A DNA stretch of 64,000 bases from Verrucomicrobiota bacterium (lineage in GTDB: Bacteria; Verrucomicrobiota; Verrucomicrobiia; Limisphaerales; AAA164-E04): positions 608,001 through 672,000 of the forward strand of contig CP170459.1 of the NCBI GenBank assembly GCA_047947115.1, given 5' to 3'. Position 1 is the first letter of the stretch; every line of letters starts with the position of its first letter. Made by a program: the position numbers and the translations under genes. Positions 52,048 to 60,816 of this stretch are shown one piece after another. The notes under the pieces were generated by a model. It searched no databases. It was not told where the DNA came from and saw only the letters and a program-made list of their open reading frames with translations.

Positions 52048-53544
52048 TTAGAGGGGCTTAAGTCCGAGTTTGACTACCAAACCGCTCTGCCCCGTCCTGT
52101 TCCTGAATTCCACCAAACCGCCAAATTGCCACACCGCCAGAGTAAGGGTCGCCAATCCCAACCCCAAACCAGGAACGTTGCCGGTCGGATCCTCCTCAAT
52201 CTGAGTGTAAGGCCGTGCCAACCAAGTGAGTTTGGATGCCTCCACCCCTGGTCCATCATCCATGAAAACCAGTTCCAGAAAGGAACCGCTGTCTACCCGG
52301 ATGTCCACCCGGACGGAAGGTGCTTGATCAGGGTGAAACTTAACAGCATTGTCAAACAATTCCCGAATAACCATGGAAAACGCCTCCTCGGAGATACGAT
52401 AACGGACATCGATTGCTTCAGCCATGACATTCACTTCAAGCTGTTTTGTCATCGGAATCACATCACAAACCTCTCTGATGATCTGCTCCATCCGCAACAC
52501 CCGCATGCCATCAACGACACGACGGAAACTGCGGGAGACAGATGTGTGATGCAAAATTTTCTCTACGTGAGTATGAAGCGAGCCCAACGCTTCGACGGCG
52601 ATTTGTAACATGCTATCCGTTTCCTCGGAAGGATGCTCTGATACCTGATTTTCTACAATGAGGCATTGAATCGCCATGATTGCCTGATGAAGCGGCGTGT
52701 TTAGTTTGTGACTCATGGCCTGCTGAAAACTCATCCTCTCCCTCGCTCGTGCAATCTTGTCTTCGATATCACGAATCTCAAACCAGACAGTCCTACGACC
52801 GCAATGATACTCCCACGAAATGGGGCGGAACAGAAACCAGCCTCCACCATCGTCATCCGCCGAACAAAGCCAGACAAAACGGGGCTCTTCATTATCCCAG
52901 TCCCCATGAATCTCGAAAGCATTGTGCGGGCGGGTAATGGCTCGCTTTTGTTCGAAAACTTGAATGAGAGAATATCCTGTCTTCAACTGCGCCTCGTCAT
53001 TCGGAACCCCCAAAATCGAACACCCCCTTGGGTTCGCCCATAAGATTTGAAAAGTTTCATCCACTTCGATGAATCCGGACAAGGAACGGTTCATCGCTCG
53101 TTCCGCCTTGAGCCCGGCTTCCGTAATCCTACGTTGCCGGTTGAGTTGGATGAGATTCCGAACTCGCGTTTTCAACACCCCTTTGGGAAAGGGTTTTTGG
53201 ATCAAATCATCGGCACCCTTTTCAAAAGCCAGATGGATCTCATCCGTATAGTCCAGGGCGCTCATGAGTAGAATGGGTGTCGTATCCAGTACCGGCAGGC
53301 TTCTTAACTGTTCCAAAACCTGATACCCGTCCATTTCAGGAAGCATGATGTCCAACAGGATCAAATCAGGAAGCCGGGATTCCGCCTGACTGATCGCATC
53401 CTTACCGTTGGAACAAGAAATGATCTGGCATTCAAGTGGCGCCAGCAAAGCTTCAAGACTCATCAATACGACCGGATCGTCATCGACAAGCAAAATGGTA
53501 GGGTGATGGAGTTTGGGGAATTTCTGCAGATCAGAGTGCAACAT
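52048..53544 (-). CDS. REC-PAS-HisKA-HATPase hybrid kinase
   Basis: ILLVDDD, LLDIMLP REC; MSHKLNTPL; ELFDNAVKF, DDGPG, GLGLGL; start placed at ATG 53544. Confidence 0.85.
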   Translation of the reverse strand: MLHSDLQKFPKLHHPTILLVDDDPVVLMSLEALLAPLECQIISCSNGKDAISQAESRLPDLILLDIMLPEMDGYQVLEQLRSLPVLDTTPILLMSALDYTDEIHLAFEKGADDLIQKPFPKGVLKTRVRNLIQLNRQRRITEAGLKAERAMNRSLSGFIEVDETFQILWANPRGCSILGVPNDEAQLKTGYSLIQVFEQKRAITRPHNAFEIHGDWDNEEPRFVWLCSADDDGGGWFLFRPISWEYHCGRRTVWFEIRDIEDKIARARERMSFQQAMSHKLNTPLHQAIMAIQCLIVENQVSEHPSEETDSMLQIAVEALGSLHTHVEKILHHTSVSRSFRRVVDGMRVLRMEQIIREVCDVIPMTKQLEVNVMAEAIDVRYRISEEAFSMVIRELFDNAVKFHPDQAPSVRVDIRVDSGSFLELVFMDDGPGVEASKLTWLARPYTQIEEDPTGNVPGLGLGLATLTLAVWQFGGLVEFRNRTGQSGLVVKLGLKPL

Positions 53545-53628
53545 GGGAAACGCTAGTTGGCAAAGCTGTTCACAAATCCATCCACTCCCTGACAAACCAG
53601 GGAAAACGACTCGTTCCAACAAATGAAA

Positions 53629-54027
53629 TCAAACAGGTAGCTCCTTGACTTTGCTTATGATAAAACCAAGCAACTCTTGCAATTTGATCGGCTTGGACAA
53701 ATAGAAGTTGGCCCCCGCCTCCAAACAACGCTTGGCATCCCCATCCATGGCAAGCGCAGTCAAAGCAACAACCAGCAGGTCCCGAATATCCTTTTGCTCG
53801 TGTGAACGAATAATCCGCATCACTTCAATGCCATCCATACCTGGCATCTGGATATCCAACAATAAGATATCGGGAAGGTTTCCTTCCTCGAGATGTAAGA
53901 GGCATTCCTTACCATTATGGCAGATGCTCACATCGAGTCCCGCAATGTTCAGGTAGTCACCAATGATCGAAGCATTCAACTCATGATCATCCACCAGTAA
54001 CACCCGAATGTCTTGGTCCATGGGCAT
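53629..54027 (-). CDS. Single-domain response regulator (CheY/DivK-like)
   Basis: LLVDD, LLDIQMPGMDG, ALTALAM, YLSKPI. Confidence 0.92.
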   Translation of the reverse strand: MPMDQDIRVLLVDDHELNASIIGDYLNIAGLDVSICHNGKECLLHLEEGNLPDILLLDIQMPGMDGIEVMRIIRSHEQKDIRDLLVVALTALAMDGDAKRCLEAGANFYLSKPIKLQELLGFIISKVKELPV

Positions 54028-54041
54028 AATAAAGAAATTTC

Positions 54042-55573
54042 GGGTCTTCTCAAAAAAGAGTGGGTAAATTGAGCACGTCGGGATGCCCTATCGCTCTGTT
54101 CCAGTCCAGTAAAACATCAGCATAACTCCCCCGCTGACGCGGAGTCGGCCTTCGGCACTTATATGATGTTTTCCTGGACTTCCACGACGCGAGAGGGCCT
54201 ACGGGTGGTGTGGTTTTTCTCCAAGAAAAACCCAGAGGATTTTTATTCGAAAAGCATCGGCAATCTCCTCAACATGGCGTCGCCAAAACAAACCTCGTCA
54301 AAGAGTGCCGATGCTGTTGAAAACCTTGCTCAATCGTTGCCATAAATTCAAATCCTTTGTCTATCGCCAAGCATGCTTCCAGGAAGTTGAAGGAGTCGAA
54401 GCTATTGTCGTAAGCGTTGAACCACGGCAAAACAGCCGCCCAGTATGTTCAAAGTGCAATCGTAGTGCTTCCACCTATGACCATCGTCCTGGAAAACGAA
54501 AGTTTCGATTCATCCCCTTATGGGGGTGGCCGGTGTTTCTTGAATACCGGATGCGAAGAGTTAACTGCCCCAATGACGGTGTTGTCATCGAATCGGTTCC
54601 TTGGGCCAAAGGAAAAAGCCGGATAACCTGTGTCATGGAACACTTCCTTGCACAGTGGGCTCGGAAACTTTCATGGAAAGAAGTTGCCCAGACCTTTGAA
54701 GTCAGTTGGCAATCGGTGTATCGGTCCGTTGCTTCCATTGTTGAATACGGCTTGAAGCACAGGAGTTTGGACGATATTAATGCCATCGGAGTTGATGAGG
54801 TGCATTTTGGAAAGGGGCAAAAGTATCTGACGGTGGTTTACCAGATAGATCAAGGCACGCGCCGATTGTTAAGCGTCACCAAGGAGAGAACCGAGCAATC
54901 CCTTCGGGATTTTTTTAAGATCCTCACTCAAAAGCAACTTGAGTCCATTCAATTTGTTTGTTCGGACATGTGGAAACCTTATCTCAATGTGATTAAGGAA
55001 AAACTCGAACACGCCCTCCACGTGTTGGATCGCTTCCATATCGTAGCCAATCTGAACAAAGCAATCAATGAAGTCAGGGCGGTCGAAGCGCGTAAGATGC
55101 GTCAGGACGGATACCAGGAAGTGCTTAAACACACCAAATACTGCTTTCTCAAACGTCGTGAGAACCTCACGCCCAATCAAAAGATTAAGCTGGAGGAAGT
55201 CCTCCAGTATGATCTGAAAAGTGTTCGGGCATTTTTGCTCAAAGAAGCATTTGAGTTCTTTTGGAATTACACTAGCCCATATTGGGCTGAGTGGTATTTG
55301 AACAAGTGGTGCACCAGAGCTATGCGCTCACGTCTGGAACCCATCAAGAAATTTGCCAGCAGCCTACGAAAACATCAGCCGCTGATCCTGAATTGGTTCA
55401 GGGCCAAAAAGACTATTTCGTCGGGAGTTGTTGAGGGTTTGAACCGCAAAATAAATCTGACTACCAGAAAAGCCTACGGCTATCGTAGCTTTGAAGTGCT
55501 TAAAATAGCCCTTTTTCACACAATGGGTGAACTACCCGAACCTAAATTTACCCACAGATTCTGAAGAAGAGGC
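54042..55573 (+). mobile_element. Complete ISL3-family insertion sequence
   Basis: Imperfect ~29-bp terminal IRs (gggtcttct...gtgggtaaatt / aatttacccac...agaagaggc) and a perfect 8-bp target duplication gaaatttc (54034-54041, 55574-55581). Confidence 0.93.
54311..55564 (+). CDS. ISL3 transposase
   Basis: CSKC...RRVNCP zinc finger, IGVDE, SDMWKPY, LDRFHI, VEGLNRK, AYGYR. Confidence 0.95.
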   Translation: MLLKTLLNRCHKFKSFVYRQACFQEVEGVEAIVVSVEPRQNSRPVCSKCNRSASTYDHRPGKRKFRFIPLWGWPVFLEYRMRRVNCPNDGVVIESVPWAKGKSRITCVMEHFLAQWARKLSWKEVAQTFEVSWQSVYRSVASIVEYGLKHRSLDDINAIGVDEVHFGKGQKYLTVVYQIDQGTRRLLSVTKERTEQSLRDFFKILTQKQLESIQFVCSDMWKPYLNVIKEKLEHALHVLDRFHIVANLNKAINEVRAVEARKMRQDGYQEVLKHTKYCFLKRRENLTPNQKIKLEEVLQYDLKSVRAFLLKEAFEFFWNYTSPYWAEWYLNKWCTRAMRSRLEPIKKFASSLRKHQPLILNWFRAKKTISSGVVEGLNRKINLTTRKAYGYRSFEVLKIALFHTMGELPEPKFTHRF

Positions 55574-55708
55574 GAAATTTCTTGCTTGGTTTATGGTCGG
55601 CACCAGGCTCTTAGTGCCATTGTTATTTCGCTATATTGAATCAGATCAAAGCCGGGCACGTCAGAACGATGCAGTCATCCTCTCATCAACAGCATCACTC
55701 CTGACATA

Positions 55709-56446
55709 CTAGCCCTCTGCTTTTTCCTCATGATGCAAAACATACCCTCCCCCATGCACTGTTCGCAGGTAGATGGGATGCTTGGCATCGGGTTCTATCT
55801 TTTTGCGGATAGCAACAATGTAATTGTCCACAGTCCGACTGTTCGGAGCATAAGTAAACTTCCAGACAGAAGCCAGCAGATCATTTCGTGAGACGACTTT
55901 TCCCTTGGCCAGATAAAGAAACTTCAGAATCTCGCTTTCTTTAAGATTCAGTTCGATGGAATCACCTCCTGGTGCGGTCACTCTTCTGAGCGAAAAGTCT
56001 ATCTTGGTTTGTCCCAGGTTGATCTCTGTTTCTTCCACCGTGTCGATGAATCGACGACGAAGCATTGCTTCGATCCGGGCCAGCGCTTCTTTATAAGAAA
56101 TTGGCTTTACCCAATAATCGTCGGCCCCGCAATTCAAGCCCCCCAACTTGGAATCAATATCTCCTCGACACGTCAACATGACGATTAAATGAAGAAATCC
56201 CGCGGCGCGCAGTTTTTCGACGACTTCATCACCCTGAATATCAGGCAGCATCCAATCCATCAAAATAATGTCCGGATCTTCCTTCATCCCAAGCTCCAAA
56301 GCCCGTTTTCCGCAATTGGCACCCAACGTCCTGTATCCCTTGATGTCAAGATAATCGATCCAAGACTGAAGCAATTGAGGCTCATCTTCCACCACTAAAA
56401 TGGTGGCACGTTGATGGGTGGTTGGTTTCTGTTCGGTATCACTCAT
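55709..56446 (-). CDS. OmpR-family response regulator
   Basis: REC (VVEDE, MDWMLP, GADDY) plus winged helix (SRTVDNYIVAIRKKIE, TVHGGGY). Confidence 0.92.
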   Translation of the reverse strand: MSDTEQKPTTHQRATILVVEDEPQLLQSWIDYLDIKGYRTLGANCGKRALELGMKEDPDIILMDWMLPDIQGDEVVEKLRAAGFLHLIVMLTCRGDIDSKLGGLNCGADDYWVKPISYKEALARIEAMLRRRFIDTVEETEINLGQTKIDFSLRRVTAPGGDSIELNLKESEILKFLYLAKGKVVSRNDLLASVWKFTYAPNSRTVDNYIVAIRKKIEPDAKHPIYLRTVHGGGYVLHHEEKAEG

Positions 56447-56556
56447 CCAACGAAACGTTGTTACAAATCCGGATGCTTTTCAAGGCCATTCGGCATCTGA
56501 TCGCCTCAATTCAATCCAAATTTGTCACGTATTTGTAAAGATCACTGAACATAAAA

Positions 56557-57903
56557 GGTTTTCGACAATTCCAGTGGAATTAAATTAAGCCGGGATTCTG
56601 AGTTTGCCGGCTACAAAGTAAAGCATAGTGATCATGTATACGGATGAGCGAAAACCTCTGGCCTTCCGCTTGACCGCGCTGAAAACGCTATTCAATCCTT
56701 CCATGAACGCTGTGGTCAGTTTCTTTTTCCAATGAGCAAGTATACCTTCCAAGTGACGTTCAATACTGTTTGCCACCTTGATCATTGGTTCCAACAAGTC
56801 CCCTGAATTTTTCGCCCTTCGTTTTACCCATCCTATCCATTTGACCATGTTTTTTCGCGCTGTAACCTCATTGCGACTGCGATAGACTTGTTGGAAATTT
56901 AATCGCATCTGGTAGGCGATTCCGGTTACTAAATTCTTCAAATCCAATTCCTCTAGCTGCTGGGTTTGACTCTTGGTTAGATTGGAGGGATTTTTACGAA
57001 ATATCCAACGACTTGCTTTGAGCTCCTTTTTGGAATCCTTGTCTCCTTGATTTGCTTCGGCTTTGCGCACTTTATCGACTGCGTCATTGACCATGGCCAC
57101 AGCATGATACTTGTCGAATACAATCTCTGCGTTGCCTAGATTCTCCCTTACTCCCTTTTGATAGGCCGGACTCATATCGATGGCAACTTGAGTGATCGCT
57201 TTTGGATGTCCGTTGTGCGCATATAACGCATCTGCAAAGCGTTGGAATGTTTCAGCGTCTTTGCCCTCGGTGGCAAAAATGACTCTCTTCTCCATCAAAT
57301 CAGCAAACACCGTCAGGTAATCATGCCCTTTGCGTGCAGACAATTCGTCCGCACCGATCCAAACCACTTCACTCATATCCAACTTTGAATAAGCTTCGTC
57401 GACATGGGCAAAAAGAATGCGCCACATGCGTTGATCACACTCTCCAATCAGTCCTGATGCTTTACTAACCGGCATCTCCCTCATCAATGCCAACGCAAAC
57501 CTCTCAAACGCCTGAGTAAAATGTTTTCCTTTACCCTCCCAGGGAACTTTAACCCGATAGGTTCGGTGACAAGATGGGCATTTGCCGCGAGGCACATTGC
57601 AGAGAATTTCAGATCGTTTTCCAAATACATCCATATGTCGCCAAGACCTTGTTTCGGTGTGATCGTAACAGGTAATCCCAGACGATTTGCAGGTCTGATG
57701 GGGACAAACTTCTTTCTCCCAGAGTTTGTCAGTTTCAGTAATAACCATGAAAAACTTTTCCGTCTCAGAATCGTAGTCAACGCCTCGAACTTCCCAACAC
57801 TCATCTAGTCCCAGCAATCCATGTATGGTCTTCTCAATATTCATGGAGCCATCATCTCACGATAGTTCCAAATGCTCAATTCCACTGTTTTTGTCGAAGA
57901 ACC
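56557..57903 (-). mobile_element. Second, divergent ISL3-family insertion sequence
   Basis: Terminal IRs ggttttcgacaattccagtggaatt (56557) and aattccactgtttttgtcgaagaacc (to 57903); no 8-bp target duplication seen. Confidence 0.85.
56585..57844 (-). CDS. ISL3 transposase
   Basis: WRHMD, VPRGKCPSC, VPWEG, GADE, IDMSPAY, FDKYH, MEGLNS, RKARGFR. Confidence 0.95.
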   Translation of the reverse strand: MNIEKTIHGLLGLDECWEVRGVDYDSETEKFFMVITETDKLWEKEVCPHQTCKSSGITCYDHTETRSWRHMDVFGKRSEILCNVPRGKCPSCHRTYRVKVPWEGKGKHFTQAFERFALALMREMPVSKASGLIGECDQRMWRILFAHVDEAYSKLDMSEVVWIGADELSARKGHDYLTVFADLMEKRVIFATEGKDAETFQRFADALYAHNGHPKAITQVAIDMSPAYQKGVRENLGNAEIVFDKYHAVAMVNDAVDKVRKAEANQGDKDSKKELKASRWIFRKNPSNLTKSQTQQLEELDLKNLVTGIAYQMRLNFQQVYRSRNEVTARKNMVKWIGWVKRRAKNSGDLLEPMIKVANSIERHLEGILAHWKKKLTTAFMEGLNSVFSAVKRKARGFRSSVYMITMLYFVAGKLRIPA

Positions 57904-57993
57904 AAAAGAATGAGTATCTTTTCCTAAAATCACGCTCCGGATCCCACCCCTTTTTCTTCCCTGACAAACAAATTGTAGGAACGGAAAACTTTT

Positions 57994-58021
57994 TGTAACC
58001 CTTGCCCCGGTGAAATCCGTT
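57994..58021 (+). promoter_or_regulatory. Putative ECF-type autoregulatory promoter
   Basis: TGTAACC-N17-CGTT matches the AAC/CGT pattern of ECF promoters, immediately upstream of the ECF sigma gene. Confidence 0.6.
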
Positions 58022-58062
58022 AGAGGACATTGGAGTTGTCGGATTTTGCCGCGACGGCTTTC

Positions 58063-58644
58063 ATGCATTTTGAAAAGGCAAGTGATGAGGAACTGGCCAT
58101 GGATGCCCAAACCGGAAAGCTGGATGCGTATGACGAAATTGTTCGCCGATACCAGGAACGGATTTGGTCTTTCCTATACAAGTTCTGTCCCCACCAGTCC
58201 GAGCTGGAGGACTTGGTGCAGGATACCTTCATCAAAGCCTATAACAATCTGCATCGATGGCAGCCGACGGGAACATTCAAGAGCTGGTTGATGCGACTTG
58301 CGGTGAACACCGGGCATGATTTTTACCGGAAACGCCGCAACGAACCATTGACCATTGCTCAGAAAACACAAAAGGACGCCGAATCGGACCCGTTGGAAGA
58401 GCATTTCGAAGAGGAGGCACACGAAACTCAAGAACACCCGGCCGCCGAATTGGTGGAACGGATATTGCTGGAATTAAAGCCCGACGACAGGGTTGTCGTT
58501 ACATTACAATATTACGAAAAGATGACGCTGCAGGAAATCTCGGAAAAGATGAACTGGAGTCTGGCGAATACAAAAGTGAAATCGCATCGCGCGCGAAAGA
58601 AATTAGAAAAAGCGTTAAAAGCTCATGGCATCGAAACCCTTTAG
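58063..58644 (+). CDS. ECF RNA polymerase sigma factor
   Basis: SDEELA, EDLVQDTFIKAY, FKSWLMRLAVN, LQEISE...TKVKSHRARKKL; alternative TTG start 58030. Confidence 0.92.
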   Translation: MHFEKASDEELAMDAQTGKLDAYDEIVRRYQERIWSFLYKFCPHQSELEDLVQDTFIKAYNNLHRWQPTGTFKSWLMRLAVNTGHDFYRKRRNEPLTIAQKTQKDAESDPLEEHFEEEAHETQEHPAAELVERILLELKPDDRVVVTLQYYEKMTLQEISEKMNWSLANTKVKSHRARKKLEKALKAHGIETL

Positions 58645-58940
58645 CAAACCCAAGTCCTTTTCGGAACTCGTGGATCAAAGCCGGGCGGACATCCCGAAGT
58701 GTCCCGACCTGCGTTTTTCCATCCGCCAGCGCCTCTCCCACGCGCCCAAACCGGAAGCGCCCCCCTTGGGCTGGATGGATATCATCCTCCAATGGGGATC
58801 CATCGGACGCGTCAAGGCCGGCTTCGCCATGGCTTTTACAGCACTGATGTTGACATCCTATATGGAACTGACTCGACCGGAACCTCAACAAAGACCATCC
58901 GGCCCCCCCCATGCGTATCATGCAACAACTTGGCAATTAA
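58625..58940 (+). CDS. Probable anti-sigma factor (single TM), with apparent frameshift at C8 (58903-58910)
   Basis: Overlaps the sigma stop; one TM (AGFAMAFTALMLTSY); as read it runs to 59062 into the next gene, while one fewer C gives TAA at 58938-58940. Confidence 0.6.
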
Positions 58941-58943
58941 TCA

Positions 58944-59471
58944 GTGAATTCCAAACGTCCATACTTCATCGCTGCAGGCATCTTGGCCGGGGTGTTCCTG
59001 CTAGGCTACCTTGCGGGCATCTCCAGCTATCGCCCCATCAAGGAAGCCTTGACGAAGTATGAGATGACTCAACAGGTCGGACCTCAAGATTTTCTCAACA
59101 GCATAAAAGTCAACATCAAGAAAAACCTGAATCTCACCGAAGATCAAGAACCCAAAGTGGACGCCATCCTGGATAACATGATCCGACGCATCCAACAGGT
59201 TCAAGGTGGCTTCTTCCGTCAGAACGAAAGCATTCAATTCGAGGACATGGATGAAATAATGGAGATCCTCGATGAAACCCAAAAAGCTGAACTTCAGAAA
59301 AAAAGAGAACGTATCGAAGCCTCACCACGTGGCCGACCACCGGGCGGGGGATTTGGGCCCCCACCTGGTGGAGGCCCACCTCAAGGTGGAAGACCTCCTC
59401 AGGGTGGACCCGGCGGCATGGGCGGCCCGCCACACCAGGGCCAAGTCCCTGCTCAAAACCCAAACGAATAG
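58944..59471 (+). CDS. Membrane-anchored Spy/CpxP-like helical protein with Gly/Pro tail
   Basis: N-terminal TM; LNLTEDQ and ILDETQK (LTxxQ-like) motifs; third gene of the ECF operon. Confidence 0.7.
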   Translation: MNSKRPYFIAAGILAGVFLLGYLAGISSYRPIKEALTKYEMTQQVGPQDFLNSIKVNIKKNLNLTEDQEPKVDAILDNMIRRIQQVQGGFFRQNESIQFEDMDEIMEILDETQKAELQKKRERIEASPRGRPPGGGFGPPPGGGPPQGGRPPQGGPGGMGGPPHQGQVPAQNPNE

Positions 59472-59484
59472 CGCCAACAACTCG

Positions 59485-59793
59485 TCAAAGCGACCAGGGA
59501 TAGACGGTGTGCACATGCCCGCACTTGGGGCAGTTCAAACCGTGAACTGCTTGCCCTTTTTCACCCCTGTGTTTATTGGAATCCTGCCAACTGGTGAAAT
59601 TCGCGCCCAGGCAAACAAGCATGGCGAACGCGACGATCCCTGACACCACCCACCATTGCATAACCAGGCAAATCAGGCACAAGCCCAGCAACAGCATATT
59701 GATAAAAAAGAAACACCCCGGAGGAGAATATACCCCAGGCGATGGAGAAAGCCAATTTGCGGAGAAACGGGTCTCACACTTTTCACAAATCAT
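59485..59793 (-). CDS. Small hypothetical membrane protein with split CxxC pairs
   Basis: CEKC at the N-terminus, two hydrophobic helices, CPKCGH at the C-terminus. Confidence 0.6.
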   Translation of the reverse strand: MICEKCETRFSANWLSPSPGVYSPPGCFFFINMLLLGLCLICLVMQWWVVSGIVAFAMLVCLGANFTSWQDSNKHRGEKGQAVHGLNCPKCGHVHTVYPWSL

Positions 59794-59880
59794 GATCTAT
59801 TCCTCGTCATCGTCTGTCAAAAATGTCCAATCACATATTTTCCCAACTGCGGATAAAACAAACGGTTGGGACAAGTTAAC

Positions 59881-60600
59881 TCACCACCACTCCCAATCAA
59901 TGTCCGGTTTCACATTCACCCAATCCAGGAATTCCTCTGGCCAGTGAACGGTTTCCACATGCCCATCCCCAAAGGTCATGTTGTAGCGTGTTTGCCCCTT
60001 AAAATTATGCCAAACGCTGCGCTTGTCGGTGACTCCCCTGTTACCGTGCCAATGCCAGTCGCCCTGGATGACTTTGGTGGTCGGTTTGAGTGCCACTTCA
60101 CTTCCTTTGATGGGTGTGGCTTCGGGATCCCCCTTGTTGTAGGAACTTAACCCCAACACACGTTTCACACGGAAGGCATTCCACCAGGCTGCACGATAAC
60201 TGTTTCCCAAAGCAAAGAAGACATTGTCCGTTTCCTGCAAAGCATCGCCCTTGTCGGACGGACAACGAAACATATTCTTGTCACCATAGCGATTCAACGG
60301 TCGCTTTTCTTCGGGAATATCTCCACGAACAACATTGTTGCCGCGATTGGTTCCCGTGATGCCTCCAATGGATGCAATCCCCGGCGTGAGCGGATACCAA
60401 TCATCGTTGTCATCCACATACATCATGTAAGCCAATGAGATCTGGTGTTGATTGCTGGCACAAGCCGCCTTCTTGGCCTGTTTCTTGGCGTTCGACAAGG
60501 CAGGCAATAACATGCCGGCAAGTATGGCAATAATAGCGATCACCACCAACAATTCGATCAGCGTAAATGCACCAATGCGCAATGGAGCCGGAGATTTCAT
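59881..60600 (-). CDS. Prepilin-type N-terminal cleavage/methylation protein with H-X9-DG-like motif
   Basis: [56 protein letters not shown]. Confidence 0.92.
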   Translation of the reverse strand: MKSPAPLRIGAFTLIELLVVIAIIAILAGMLLPALSNAKKQAKKAACASNQHQISLAYMMYVDDNDDWYPLTPGIASIGGITGTNRGNNVVRGDIPEEKRPLNRYGDKNMFRCPSDKGDALQETDNVFFALGNSYRAAWWNAFRVKRVLGLSSYNKGDPEATPIKGSEVALKPTTKVIQGDWHWHGNRGVTDKRSVWHNFKGQTRYNMTFGDGHVETVHWPEEFLDWVNVKPDIDWEWW

Positions 60601-60711
60601 GGTCAGATGCTAATTCCACCATACCCATTCCAACAAGCACGGAATCAACATACCTTTACCACATCTGCTTTCCCAAAACACTACAAACACCGAAGAACGA
60701 ATGTGCAACTC

Positions 60712-60744
60712 TGGAGTGCGGTGTGCAGCACCGCTCTGGATACG
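60712..60744 (+). repeat. REP-like palindromic repeat (TGGAGTGCGG family)
   Basis: tggagtgcggtgtgcagcaccgctctggatacg; exact 33-bp inverted copy at 62598-62630. Confidence 0.85.
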
Positions 60745-60816
60745 GTCCACAAACCCGAGTCGTGTTCAAATACCTAAGCCGTGTCTATGCAGTTTATCCG
60801 CACCACCGCAGACGCG

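Noticed and set aside
54042..57903. Composite transposon carrying the OmpR regulator
   Set aside because: The two ISL3s have different IRs and divergent transposases, and the first has its own target duplication, so it inserted independently
59330..59445. GC-rich short repeats
   Set aside because: They encode a low-complexity Gly/Pro tail; not a CRISPR array or DNA repeat element
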